A stretch of DNA of 64,000 bases from Octopus sinensis (taxonomy: Eukaryota). This document shows positions 37,991 to 52,168 of the stretch, piece by piece (positions within the stretch are counted from its first letter, which is position 1; each line of letters begins with the position of its first letter). Both the position numbers and the translations under genes were made by a program. The DNA is taken from the NCBI RefSeq assembly GCF_006345805.1, contig NC_043001.1:67456001-67520000 (forward strand), written 5' to 3'. A model generated the notes under the pieces. The model did not search any database. It was not told the origin of the DNA and saw nothing but the letters and a program-made list of their open reading frames with translations.

Positions 37991-38726
37991 GGAATTAGAT
38001 TGATCCCAGTAGACAACCGGTACTTAATTTATCGACCCTGAAAAAATGAAAGGCAAAGTCAACCTTGGCGGAATTTGAACTCACAGTTCTGCAAGGTGTA
38101 TGGTAACCTCAACAGTGCTGGTGGCATGAAAAGGCAACCAATACATGCTGTAAAATGGTTGGCATTAGGAAGGACATCCAGTGGCAAAATGTATGTCAAA
38201 GTAGACACTGAGGTACAATGCAGTCCATTGGCTTATGCCAGTATGGAACATGGCCTTTAAATGAGGATAATGATGGCAGCAGCAGTGTGTGTGTGTGGTG
38301 TGTGTGTGTGTGTGTGTGTGTGCGTGTGTGTGTGTGTAGCAGCAGTCATTCGCAAGGGACCATTGACCAAAAGTATAATCAATATGCTAGTGATAAATTT
38401 CATGCTATTGTGGAGGGCACTTAAGGTGCAACGCCATAGAATTGAATGCTAAAGCACATGATTACTGAACATATATTTTTACCCATACAGCCATTCCTAG
38501 TTCCAGTTAAATTATGTTTGGCTTAATTTGGTAACTTTGTTACTTGGAGAACTTCTCTAATCAAATAAGGAACTGAGGTGTTTATAAATTTCTTCTAAAG
38601 TGGTATACACAGAACCATTTCAAACTATGTTGCTTTTAATGGGCATAATAATTTTTATCATAACAATATATCTTCTCATCTAAGCACACTCTCTCAGAGG
38701 CAAATTTTGTGTGTGTGTGTATATAT

Positions 38727-38760
<34 letters not shown>

Positions 38761-38794
38761 CATATATACACACACATATATATACATATATATA

Positions 38795-38868
<74 letters not shown>

Positions 38869-39714
38869 ACATGTATGTACATTCACATATATATATGTGC
38901 ATATATATATATATTCATACATACATGCATGTATACATGTAATATATATAAACTCACACATGTATGTATGAACATGTGTGCATACATACATACACACACA
39001 CATATATATATGCACACACACATACACACAATAATTAATTTACTCCTACAGTTCTTTTTTCTTCAGTAAAAAATGGTTGTGAATAAGCTATATATTTTAT
39101 ATGGCAAGCAGTGTGTTTACGTATAAGAGTGTGTGTGTGTGTGTTATTCTAGCTGTCCATACGTGCCTCAGACAGCAATTTTGTAGCACTAAAATACATT
39201 TTATGGCATTAATCTATTTTTAAACAGTGTGTATAACATTATAACTCTTAAATTTGTCTATTTATCCATCTACTTGTGTGTGAGAAAGAGAGAGAGAGAG
39301 AGCAGGCACTCTTACACTTTCTTGTTATAATTTTGTTTTGTGCAGATGAAATTTAAATGTAATCTCATTTTATTAAATAAAATTAAACTAACACCAACAA
39401 CCACTACATAGAATATCAACCGATAACAAAACAAATCATTTCAACACCTCTCCACCACAACTGGGTCAAAGCCTATTGTAACCCCTCACACACAGGCACA
39501 CATTTAGCAGACAAATAGAAGACACAGTCTAAAAATGTGTAATAGAAATAGCCAGAGTTAAACAAAGAGAACTGGTCTCAAGGCTAACCAACAACCGTAA
39601 ACATATGGAGAAATACAAACAAGATGATGAAATAAGTTCATATCATTGCTGGCCACATAGAATAATGGAAAATGTTGTAAAGCTCTAAGAAATGTATAAA
39701 TATATATATATTGA

Positions 39715-39800
39715 ATGGGAAGTTCCGCAAACAGATCTCTGACTTGCTTTGGAGAATTTGTTGCAATTGCTTCCTCCAGAGTCATATCCCAATTATGATC
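39715..39800 (-). pseudogene. Short Helitron RepHel fragment
   Basis: HNWDMTLEEAIATNSPKQVRDLFA resembles the W..TLEEA....SP.QLR.LFA segment between the Rep and helicase domains. Confidence 0.6.
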
Positions 39801-41600
39801 TTATTTGTTGCAAAAAATCACGTAAAAAAATTGCTGAAAATTATCACTGGATTTTGCAATTAATTTTGATTATTCCCAAAATTTATTTCCAAGTTATACA
39901 AAAAAATTCATCTAAAAAAATCCTGTAAAAAGTGCAGAAAACAATCACAGTAATGAAACCTTGGGAATCCAAAATTTCAAGATTACGGGTCTAGATTTGG
40001 CCTGGAATGTTTTTAATTTACTCACAGAGTCAGCCTGATTCCAAAATGGTATGATATGTTGGGCTAGGGTCTCTAGGAGTAAAGTTGAAAAAGTGTAATA
40101 CAGACACACTGACATTATTATATTAGCGGAGGATTGGTATCAGGTATGAGATGTTTTGGTTCAGCTGTTTTGTTGCAACCTATTTGACATTGTTGATTCA
40201 ATGCCTACTTATTTGACATCAAATATCTTAATGTTTCTTTTGTTCCTTCTCTCTTTCTCCCTCTCTCTGTCAATGTGTGCAAGCATATTGGTTTCAAATT
40301 TTGGCACAAGGCCAGTAAGTTTGGGGGAGGGGCCTAATTGATTACATCAACCCCAGTGCTCAACTGGTACTTATTTTACTGATCCCAAAGGGATGAAAAC
40401 AAAGTTGACCCTGGTGGCATGTGAACTCAGAACGTAATGATGGACAAAATGCCACTAAGCATTTTGCCCAGCATAGTAACAATTCTGCCAGCTCACCACC
40501 TGAATCTGTGCAAGCATATTATTACTTACGTGTATGAGGAGAAGCAAAGTGTTTATGCCATTTGTGCGCAATTAATGAATTGTCATGTCACATTTATGCT
40601 ATCTGTAGATGTGTGTGTGTGTTTATGTGTGTGTGCATGCACAATTGCCAGTGTACCAAACAGTGTTGCTCAGTCACCTCATTCTAAAAATCTTGTTCTT
40701 TTAGGGTCATAACTCACCTGATGAGCCTGTGTACACACAAGCAAAGCTTCAGAGTAACAAGAGATTGACTCAACCAAAATAAGATATATTATTAATGTCT
40801 ACTATAATATTGAGTAGTCTTTCTTTCAACATTTAATACCAAATGGTTGCTGTTGCTGCCATCACCACTGCCACTGCTACTTCAATGTTCATTTTTCTAT
40901 GCTTGCATTGATTGGATGAAAAGCGAATGTACACCCTGGTGCACTATCGTCAACTTCACCTGTTTCCAAGTAAGGTAATATTTCCCATGATCAGACATGA
41001 TTTTATAGAAGATTGGGAATGAAGGACACCACTTGTATAATAATCACATTTGTTCACAACTATTATGCAATATCAAGGCAAGGAACTCCCATGCAGTCGA
41101 AGTTAACATGGGACCATGTGGTTGGGACATAAACTTCTTACCACTCAGTCACTTATACAAATTAAACATGCACACAAACGTGTGCACGCACACACACACA
41201 CACAGATATTCAAAATTTGCTATTTACATTATAATTCTTTCCACTTCTAGGATGTTTCATTGAAATTTAAAACACTTTAGTGTCTGATTGTACCTTATTT
41301 TATTAACTCCATAGGAATGAAAAACAAATGTGACCCCAGAAAGACTTTGAACTGGGAAAGCAAAGCAACCTAGCTAAGTACCACAAGGTATTTTATCTAA
41401 TGATTCTGCCAGTCTCCTGCCTTAATGACTGAGATTCATTACTCAGACACACCATCCCCAAGAAAGGCAATACTTAAGTTGGTGTTAATATTTCTAATAC
41501 AGTGAACACTAAGCTGCACTGCATTGTTTATGCTAACAATAACTTTACATATAAACACTTTGTGCTTTTAAGAACAAACTATATCAGTTGTCTAGTCTGA

Positions 41601-41832
41601 AGGCGGTGAGCTGGCAGAAACGTTAGCACGCCGGGTGAAATGCATAGCCGTATTTCGTCTGCCGTTACGTTCTGAGTTCAAATTCCGCCAAGGTCGACTT
41701 TGCCTTTCATCCTTTCGGGGTCGATAAATTAAGTACCAGTTACGCACTGGGGTCAATATAATCAACTCAATCCATTTGTCTGTCTTTGTTTGTCCTCTCT
41801 GTGTTTAGCCTTTTGTGGGTAGTAAAGAAATA
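41601..41832 (+). mobile_element. Well-preserved copy of SINE family A
   Basis: AGGCGGTGAGCTGGCAGAAACGTTAGC...GAGTTCAAATTCC (B-box-like)...TAAAGAAATA. Many further copies, e.g. 1-172, 7975-8185, 11864-12060, 19265-19485, 23255-23405 and 40290-40500. Confidence 0.85.
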
Positions 41833-41949
41833 TATATCAGTTTTCTTGTCTGGTGATCTAATCAAGTACAAAATCTCTTGCATAATTCTCAGGAAAAATA
41901 TCATTTACTTATTTTAATTACTGCAATTAATGTTCCTCATTTGTAATAA

Positions 41950-42396
41950 CTCTGTGTAACACGATTTTTGTCTGTGGATAACAGCTGTTATTTTCTATTT
42001 GCTTACCCCTAGAAAGTATGTAAAATGGTTAATATTTCCTTCAGACTTTGCTTTTGTTACATTTATTCAAACCCCAAAGAATCCCTCTCAACACATGGCT
42101 ATGATGCTTCCTAACTACTCATGCTCATAATTAGGTGGTTAAGGTCAAAGAAATGACAGGCAAATCTGTGGTATTGAGCTAAATATTTGCTATAAAGATA
42201 TTTCTGCTTCAGCAACTCAGTACTAAATCTATCTGAAATGTAATGAAAAATAGATTGGTTTCAAAACATTGATGTTCAGATTACAAAAGCAAAGTTTGAA
42301 GGAAATGGTAGGGAATAGATTTCTCGACAAAAGCAAGTAAGAAATAATACTCGCTGACCAAAGACATAAAAAATATAAAAATTTTGTTACACAGTG
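41950..42396. mobile_element. MITE with Chapaev3-like termini
   Basis: CTCTGTGTAACACGATTTTT ... AAAAATTTTGTTACACAGTG, with further subterminal inverted similarity (CTTTGCTTTTGT / ACAAAAGCAAAG). Flanks TAA/AAA approximate a TWA TSD. Confidence 0.65.
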
Positions 42397-43041
42397 AAAA
42401 TCTCAAAATTGAAATTCTGATATTTGTGGATACCAAACACACAAATTGCAATTAATGTAACACCCATGTTTTAAAAGAGTACAGCTTATTCTTTATTTGA
42501 TAATTTTTGCTTATTTGTACACCATCTCTTACACCCTAATATCTTCATTACTATGTTGTTATACTATCATACTGAAACTTCATATTTTGTTGTCAAATAA
42601 TGTCGTGCTGAGTCTCAACAGAAAAAAATCCATCATTTAATTTACTTTCATTATCGTCATTATCATCATCATAGTCATTTTAATGTCCTCTTTCCCATGC
42701 TTACTTAAATCACACTATTCGTTGAGGAAGATTTTCTATGGCCAGGTACCCTTCTTGTTGCCAGTCCTCACTCATTTCCAAGTAAGGTGATGTTTCCTCA
42801 AGGCCAGACATGTTTTAATGAAAGACAAGGATGTATAACACACACACACACACACACAATAGACTTCTTTCAATTTCCACCTACCAAAATCTATTCACAA
42901 GGCTTTGGTTGGCTCTAATCTATACTAGAAGACCCTTGCCAAGGTGCTACACGGTGGAGCTGAATCCAAAACCATACAACTGAGAAGTGAACTTCTTGAC
43001 AACCATAAAATCACACCTGTATCATGTCTTGTTTATAATTA

Positions 43042-43553
43042 ACTAGCAGTATCGCCCGGCGTTGCTCGGGTTTGTAAGGGAAATAACTATATAAACATTT
43101 TTAGAGAGTTACTTCCCTTATAGATGCCAATTCAGGCTTTCTTAGCCATTTCTGTTTTGGTGTCTTCAAGCCATGAAGTCATTGTTCTAAAAGAACGCTG
43201 GTCTCCTTGACAATGCTTTACGACGTTGATTTTCTTACACTCCCTTCCCCACAGCTTCACGAGGGAGGGAAGAAGGGGGAGAACACAGGTGCAGGTGTGA
43301 CCATGGCCGCCAACTCCGCCGCCATCGACACACAACAAATTATGCATTAAAATGGAATAAAAAATGATGTTAAATTATTTTTTAAATCGTAGACTCATCG
43401 TAGACGCGCTCTAATACTCAGACGGGCTCGATATGAATCACGACTATAAGATACCCGAATTTGGTTAAACTGCACCGCAAAATGTGGGAGTAGTTAGGAA
43501 TCTAAATTGAAGGGGACAGACACTCACACAACTACAGTTTTATATATATAGAT
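43042..43553 (+). mobile_element. Non-autonomous Helitron/Helentron-like element (second family)
   Basis: ACTAGCAGTATCGCCCGGCGTTGCTCGGG ... TTTTATATATATAGAT. Confidence 0.65.
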
Positions 43554-46044
43554 ATTCCAATAATATGCTCTTAATGTTTCCTAATGTTACCTTTAATTTT
43601 TTTCTTTGTGTGTGTAAAATCTGAAATAATCTGAGTTTAAATGATTTTCAACATTAACGATGATAATTCAGCTTTCTATAGTGATTAGCATTATTTAATT
43701 ACTTCCAGGAAGTGGAGTTTGTTTGGTTTAGTATCTGGCATTCCTTCAAATCACTTTTTATTTTATAAGAAACTTGCATTGTTTGGTGAATTAAACAGAC
43801 AACATATTTGAAAATATACAGACTAAAATGGAGAAGAGGAACTGAGCAGCTGAGACAACAATCAATGGATTTATGAGAGAAGTTCTATTTAGAATTGCTA
43901 CTGATACATTGAATTTTCTGCAATATCTAAGAATTTCATATTAAGAAACTAATAGGAAAAGGTAGACAATAAAAAAATAATGTATTTTCTATTTGTGAAA
44001 TATCAATAAGACTGGTGCTCCAGCATTGGCATAGCCTTGGTGTTTAACACAAAGTAAAAATCTGAGATGTGATAAATATTTATATGATAAGGGGTAGGAG
44101 AGTTGAGAAACTGAATTATTACATATCTATCTGTACAACAATCAGTTGTACAGATAGAAATGTATGTGTGTGCTGGTGTACATACACACATATGTGTGTG
44201 TGTACATATACACACATACATGTATGTATATCTGTTTGTATGTTTATAAATATGTATCATCATCATGCTAACATGGATTGGATGGTTTGACAGGATCTGA
44301 TATGTCCAAGGACTGCATTGTGCTCCAGTGTCTACTTTAGCATGGTTTACTACTGCTGGATGCCCTTCCTCAGGCCAATCATTTTATAGCTTGTACTGGG
44401 TGCTTTTTTCCTGCCACTAGTGGGCTTACGATGCAGCTTACAAGAATATATAGTCTTAGAAAGGCAGCTTTATGTGAGGAGATGAGGACCCACAGCATAA
44501 AGGGCTAGAGCAGAACAGATTTCTTGCTGTAGGGGCATAACATAGTTTTTCACACTTTAAAAGAGGATAGAAATGATTAGGTGGAGCTGGTCTGGGTGGA
44601 TCCTCAAGGTGAACAGAAGTGAATGGGAAAAGGAGTGAAAGAACTGGGGAAGTGTGGATGGATAGAAGAAATATATATATAAAATATAAATAAGTAACAA
44701 TTGAAGGACAGGAGCAAAACATTTTTAATGATTCTGCTTCTATTTCAGTTGAAATGTTTTACTCTGTGGATTTTAAAATATGTTAAATCATTTGGAATGC
44801 CCTTGATTGTAAGGTCCATGTATTCATCTGAAGAAAATGGTTTCTTTATAATGATATAATGTACTCATTAATCCATTAAAGGAGTTGTTAAAAACAGCCT
44901 TAATGAATTGACGCCTGTCCTTCTATTGTGACTTATTTATATTTTATTCATCTGTCTCGGAACATGCCCTTCACAAATTGTAAAGTATATTATGGACTGT
45001 ATATTTAATAAAATGTACAAGCCTGAATAGCTCAAGAGCAGATTATATACTGGGTCAAATTGTCTGCATGCATTACAGAAATATCATTCTGCTAGTACTT
45101 CTGTACCAAAGCTGATATTTGCATAATATTGTTGTGTGTGTATATTATTCTGACCTAATGAAGTACCTCAACTTAAATACCTAATTCAACTGAATGTTAC
45201 TTATATTTTATATATATATATATTTGGTTCAAAGGTACAGAAAGCAAAATACAGAGATAGGTGAGGGAAGAAGCAGGTGTATTAGAAATGTGTCAGGATT
45301 AATGGGTCCACATACATACATATATAATCAACATTATCATCGTTTAACATCTGTTTTCCATGCTAGCATGGATTGGACGGTTCGACCGGGGTCTGGGAAG
45401 CCAAGAGGCAGCACCAGGCTCCAGTCTGATTGGACAGTGTTTCTAAAGCTGGATGCCCTTCCTAACACCAACCACTCCATGAGTGTAGCGGGTGCTTTTT
45501 ACGTACCACCAGCACAGGGGACAGAGGAGGCTGGCAACAGCCACGATCAGTTGGTGCTTAGCAATATGACATCATAATGGGAGGTAGTAATATTGATGAC
45601 ATTTTGGGGTAGCTGCTCATTACATGTTTATCATCTTTCATAGAATGTGACACAACTGACATTTTCTGTAGCCGTTTAGCGTTTTAAAGATTTCACAGTC
45701 TGTTTGCAAGCAAATTCTTAGGATTGCAAAAGCATGACTTTCAAATTGTGATGTAATGGTCACACGCCTTTCAGAGCATGTATGCTTGTGTGTATGTATG
45801 TAGGTGCATACATATGTATAAACTATGTATGGATACATATATGGTGGGATGTACAGATAAATGTATAAATATGCACATATATATTTGTATGTGCATTCCT
45901 ATGTATGTATGATTGTATGAGTATATGTCCGTCTGTCTGCAAGCATTATGGTGACTCTTTTATTGCTATCATGCAATGTTAAGGCAAGTAGACAGTAGCA
46001 CATGTTCACACACACACACACGCACATATTTGTATGTGTGTGTG

Positions 46045-46127
<83 letters not shown>

Positions 46128-46210
46128 GAGGTGCAATGGCCCAGTGGTTAGGGCTGCGGACTCACGTATAAGCCCATCATATACATATATATATATATAT
46201 CGACAGCACC

Positions 46211-48030
46211 ATGGTAGATGAAGCAATTAAGGAAATGAAAACTGGGAAAGCACCTGGCCCATTAGGAATCACCACTGAGGTGCTTATAATATTGGGCAGT
46301 GTGGGTTATGGTTTTGTCACCCACATCATAAATCAGGTAGTTCATGAAGGAGTCATACCCAATGACTGGTGTAGCAGCACCATAGTAAACTGCTACAAAG
46401 GTAAAGGTGATGCTGTTGATAGAAATAACTACAGGAGTATCCAATTACTGGATCAGATGATGAAAGTTACAGAGGGTCATAGCCCTACTAATTAGGGAAA
46501 GAGTTAGCCTAGATGAGATGCAGTTTGGTTTTGTGCCAGGCAGAAGCACCACCGATGCTATATTTCTGGTAAGATAAGCCTCTGTACTTGGCTTTTGTTG
46601 ACTTGGAGAAAGCTTTTGACAGAATCCCCCAATCCCTCATCAGTGCAAAAAACTGGATATAGACAAGTGGTTGGTAAGAGCTGTACAAGCCCTGTACAGG
46701 GATGCTGGCAGTAAGGTGAGGGTTGTCAATAAGTATAGTGAAGAATTCCCAGTAGAAGTATGGATTCACCAAGGATCAGTCCTCAGCCTACTCTTGTTCT
46801 TTATAGTCCCCTAGGCAATAACAGAAGAATTCAAGACAGGCTACCCCTGGGAGCTCCTCTATCCGACGACCTTGCTCTGTAGCCAAGTCACTGCCAGAAC
46901 TAGAGATGAAGTTTAGGGTGTGGAAGCAAGGTCTAGAATTAAAGGGTCTTAGGGTTAACCTAGCAAAAACCAAAGTCTTAGTAAGTAGGAAGGCTGATAA
47001 ATCACAAACCCCTTCAGGTTGAAACTCCATACGATGTACCTGGTGTAAGCCATGGACACATAAGAGGTATAGCAATATCAAAGGTAGGTTAACCAGGAGA
47101 ATAGATTTTGTGTGTGGCAGATGCACAGGGGCAATAAACACCGAAGATGTACAGAAAACAGATTTTATCACATGCCAGTGGGAGAAACTAGAAGAAGTCA
47201 ATAGCTTCCACTACCTAGGTGACCAAGTCTGTAGTGGGGGTGGTTGCTCTGAGAGTGTAGCGGCTAGAATAAGAATAACCTGAGCAAAGTTCAGGGAGCT
47301 CCTACCTCTGCTGGCAACTAAGAGCCTCTTGCTCAGAATGAAAAGTAGACTATATGATGCATGTGTGCAAACTGCCATACTACACAGCAGTGAAGCATAG
47401 GCCATGACTACTGAGGACATGCATAGGCTTGAAAGAAATGAAGCTAGTATGATCTGCTGGGTGCAAAATATCAATGTGCTTACATGACAGAGTGTAAATG
47501 CCCTGAGAGAAAAATTGAGCATGAGAAGCATCAAATGTGGTGTGCAAGAGAGACAGCTGTGCTGGTACGATCATGTGTTACATATGGATGAGGACAGCTG
47601 TGTGATAAAGTGCCACTCCCTAACTGTGGAAGGGACATGTTGAAGAGGCAGACCCAGGATGACATGGGATGAGGTGGTGAAGCATGACCTTCAAACATAG
47701 GGCCTTACCAAGACAATGACAGGAGACTGAGACCTTTGCAGAGATACCGTGATTGAGAAGACCTGACAACTAAAGTGAGTTTGTGGTCATGCAAGTCTGG
47801 CCCAGTTAAGAGTATCCCTGATGCATCAGACAATATGATATTCTTGAGAAGACCTGTTGAGTCATGTAAAACCAATATCATAGCTGTGGCCAGTGCCCCC
47901 TGATTGGCTTCCATGCTGGTGGCATGTAAAAAGCACCATCTGAATGTGTTTGATACCAGGTCTGCCTGACTGGCTCCTTTGCTGGTGGCATGTAAAAAGC
48001 ATCATCTGAACATGGCCAATGCCAGTACTC
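46211..48030 (+). mobile_element. 5'-truncated RTE LINE with 3' region carrying tandem sub-repeats
   Basis: MKTGKAPGP, QFGFVPGRSTTDAIF, VDLEKAFD, HQGSVLS and the C-terminal region, with many frameshifts. Confidence 0.9.
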
Positions 48031-49102
48031 CCTGACAAAAACATACAAAAATACAAAAACATAGTCATTCACCAGAAGAAAGAGTAAATGGTAGGGAGTG
48101 GATGAAATAAAAAAGATGCTGAAAAGAAAGAATCAAGCAAAAGAAGACAAAAATAGTAGGAGATTTGGAGGGAAGTGAGAATGCAGTTGTATGGGAGCAG
48201 TTAAGAAGAGAGGAGGGATATGTGTATATAGAAATATAATGTGTTTAGAGATGGGCATATAGAAGGGACGTGGTGTAGCTTAGCGGGGTGTGGGAGTGTA
48301 TGTATATATATATGTATGCATGTATGTATACATATGTGTGTATGCATGTATAGATGGCTAATTGTTTAAATTTATGCATATATGTGTGTTTGCATTTATA
48401 TGTATGTATGTTAGTAGAGATGGAAAGATGCATGTATGGATGCAGTGGATGGATGTTGACACAACAACCAACATCAAAAATTACAATATTTTATGTTGAA
48501 CACAGTTCCAAGGAAATTATTAGCTGTCTTTAAACAACTCTACTGTTTCTCTCAATATTTATTTCTCTTTGATTCTAGAAAGAAATTCCTATAAATCTTT
48601 TTAATCAAAACGTCAAAAAGTTTCTTAATAAACAGAAAGTAATTTCTTAATCAGCTTACACATGTTTCATATAGATTGGCAGATTCCAAAATTCTGTGAT
48701 GAAGTAATTATGTATATTAATAGATCCCATATTTGATTGACTAAGATTCTACAGAGATAGAGAAATTTAACACCACCCCATCCTCATCAAAGCTAATACC
48801 ACATCACTTGGAATAGAGAACCTTTTAAGGGAGATAGTAGAATTAACAATATTTGACCAATATAAGGCATAGGGAGCTATTTCAGCAGAACTACATGAGA
48901 GAATTGTGATATGATATTTGGTTTCTTCAATGCCACCCAGCAACTTGAAAAATATTTATGGCAAAATTTCTGCTGCATTTAAACTATTACTGACCAATTC
49001 AAATACACAGTGGAGGTACATAGATCCAAGCTATTCAGTAGATATATCATTTAGGTCTTGATGGAAATGCTATTTAATCAGTATAAGTTCTAAATATAAA
49101 CT

Positions 49103-49226
49103 ACTAGCAGTATAACCCGGCCTTGCCCGGGATTAAGTTACGATTAATAAGCTAATCAAGTTCTTTATTTCAAACCAAACTAAGTAATATAGACGTCAAA
49201 TTTGGGCGAAATCTGTTGAAATTAGT

Positions 49227-49307
<81 letters not shown>

Positions 49308-50173
49308 TATATATATATAATATAAATATTCTGGGCAACAGACACGAACACACATACACACATGTACGTACGTACACCTATTGCATGTTTTGTGCACGTA
49401 TACATGTTCATAAGCAGAAATGAATGGAAAAAATGTTAAATTTGTAGATTAACACTCGCTCAATTTTCACTAAGAAAAAAAATCGGTTTTTTTGCATGGA
49501 ACCAACTACTATGGCCTCAAACCCTTTTTGTGGTTCGTGAAACGGAGTGGGTGTGGTGGAAGCCTTGCAAATTGTACCCATTTATATTGTGTAATTCACT
49601 AACAAATTGTTACTCACCTCTTTGTTTCTTTGTGGATTGTCAACAAATGGATTGTCAACAAATGGATTGTCAACAAAACACTTTTTTACTCGGCATAAAA
49701 TAAAAACAAAACTCTTTTGCACCCAAAGTAATGTGTGTGAGAGAGAAAGATGAACGATTTAAAATAAATAAATGATTTTAAATAAATATATTGTAATTGT
49801 TGTGTGAGAAAGTATATATACTATGATTATAAAATATAGTGTGCCTTTCAAAAACAAAAAACAAAACATTTTACATTTTATTTTTTATGAACATAGTCAC
49901 TTACTCTCTCTCTCCCTCTCTCACTTTGTCTTTCCCGTGAAACTCTCTGCCTCCTTCTTCCACTTTTCTTTATCTTTTTTTTTGTTAGATGCCGTCAAAA
50001 AAGCAATGGCTGATATTTGTTATGGTTAAAAGCTATGGTTGAAAATAGATTTTTACCCTATCCGCGGGTGCCTGACAAATGTCTTCCTAAAATTTGAGCA
50101 TCATGCGTGCTAATTTGTCGACGTGCATAACTTACAATCACGTATACACACACACATGCACATAGATATAGAT
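49103..50173 (+). mobile_element. Helitron/Helentron-like element with an expanded interior
   Basis: Shares the 5' ~130 bp and 3' ~130 bp with 25555-26104 but has extra internal sequence, including (TGGATTGTCAACAAA)x3 at 49633-49677. Confidence 0.6.
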
Positions 50174-50560
50174 ACGATGAGTAGAGGAAGATATGTTGAG
50201 TTAATGGGAAATCTAAAGGAAAATAACACAATATAACACGTTTTGTTTGTATTTTTTAATGTTCATATATGCATTTTTTGCCACTAAATAAAAAAAATCA
50301 CATTCATTTTGACGCAACATTGATAATTATTTATTTATTCCTAATTTCATATTTGCTCGTTATATTTGTAATTTTTCTCTACAGCACTTTGTTGGTTCAA
50401 TCTATTCTAGTATTGTAAGGATAATTACACAACATTTAGTACTTTTTCATTTATTGAAAGGTATTTAGGAAGTATAATAACAGAAGAAAATGAAACAATA
50501 AAACTCTGCACTGTAAATGCCTTGATAACTCTTTTCTTAAGATGAGAAGCGCTTTGACGA

Positions 50561-52168
50561 TCAAGATTTTCTGGAGTGTACACCTTCATCTCTTCTGACT
50601 AGAGACCATATAAAATCTTCCATCAAAGCAATATTCCATCGTCCTTGATATCTTCTTTCCATAGTTGCGATGTCCTGATGAAATCTCTCACCATGCTCCT
50701 CACTGACATCACCCAAGTTTTCAGGGAAAATATCTAGGTGAGAGTGCAAAAAATTAACCTTTAAGGACATATGACAACCCATTTTCTTGAAGTTTTCAAT
50801 AAGCTTTGCTACCAGCTGTTTGCAATTAGGATCCTTGCGAATTTCTAGGGATCCACGAACTACATCACGAAATGCACACCAAGCTTCTTTTCCAACTTTT
50901 GTCACCACTCTTTCCAGTTTCTTCGACTTTAACATTTCATTTACTTGGGGCCCAACAAATATGCCACCCTTGATTTTAGCCACAGATAGCTTTGGAAACA
51001 TAAGACAAATTCCTTGAAAAGCATCTCCTCTAAAATCTAAGACCTTCACAAACTGTTTTACCAATCTGAGTTTGATATGAAGTAGGGGTAATAAGATTTT
51101 GTTGGAATCTACTTGAGGCTGTTTGAGAACATTTAACATTCCTGACTGCAGTTCCACTTGTGGGGGCCAATGTACTCTCTTGTAATGATCATCATCAGCT
51201 CTGCTGTCCCATAAGCAAAAGAAACACGAATACTTTGTGTATCCCCCTTGCAAGCCAAGCAAGAATGCAATCATCTTGAAATCACCACAAACATCCCACT
51301 TGAACTCAGCATAATTTATTTTGTCAAGAAGTTCTTTGACATTATCGTAATTTTCTTTCTTCTGTATACAAAGTGGAGCAACACTGCTTTGAGACTTCAT
51401 GTTGAGTTATCTATGAACAGTTGCCATTCTGCAGAATCAAGCTTGAGTCCAATAGCAATAAACAAACCAATCACATCTTTACAATAACGCAGACCATTAA
51501 TATTTTCATAGTAAATTTCGAATTCTTCATGGTGTTTCCGGTACCCAGATGTCTTGCAGTCTTCCCCCAGTAGACTCCATTCCTTCAACCTTGATGAAAG
51601 AAGTTCATCTCCTGACTTAGTAAGACCCAGATCTCTGATTAAATCATCTAGCTCACTCTGATTTGGAAAGTGAGGCTCTGAAGTCATTCTTGGTATGAAA
51701 GTTTCCTCTATTTCTTGGCTGCTGCTACTTGTTGACTCTTCAGATGAAATATTTTCTGGTGGTAGTGGTACTTGTAAACTGTCATCATGTGGGACAGGTG
51801 CTCTAGATGATGGTATGTTTGGATACTGAAGAGCTTGTCTTCCTTTCACTTTTCTGTACTTTGTCACATTGATCATACAAAAGTAACAGTCATTGGTTCT
51901 TTGGCTCTCTACATACCCTTGGAATGGCAAAAGGCATTGACCTTCCTGTACCTCTTAACCATCCTTCTAGAGTAGATCGACAGCTTCCACATATCACATG
52001 TGGGGCAGTGATTTGTCCTGGTCACCCATGGGCATTATGAAATAGAGCCTGTACGTATTCACAATTTGGCACCTTTCACGTTCTTATGCAATACCTGCTT
52101 TTTTCCAATATAATAACCACACACATAGCAAAATGTATCTGGAGAATTTTACATACTCTAGTAGCCAT
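50561..52168 (-). pseudogene. Chapaev3-type (CMC superfamily) transposase, frameshifted
   Basis: N-terminal C..PD.FCYVCG...GDQDK..PHVICGSC...W...DCYFC (Chapa-like zinc motif), then LLGLQGGYTKYSCFFCLWDSRA, LPLLHIKL, HSHLD.FPENLGDVSEEHGERFHQDI and RYQGRW. Open segments of 177 and 279 aa. The family name is assigned from memory of these motifs. Confidence 0.8.

Noticed and set aside
48800-49100. Possible Penelope RT fragment (CDMIFGFFNATQQLEKYL...FKYTVEV)
   Set aside because: The catalytic DD motif is absent and the frames are broken; similarity is too weak to call without a profile search.
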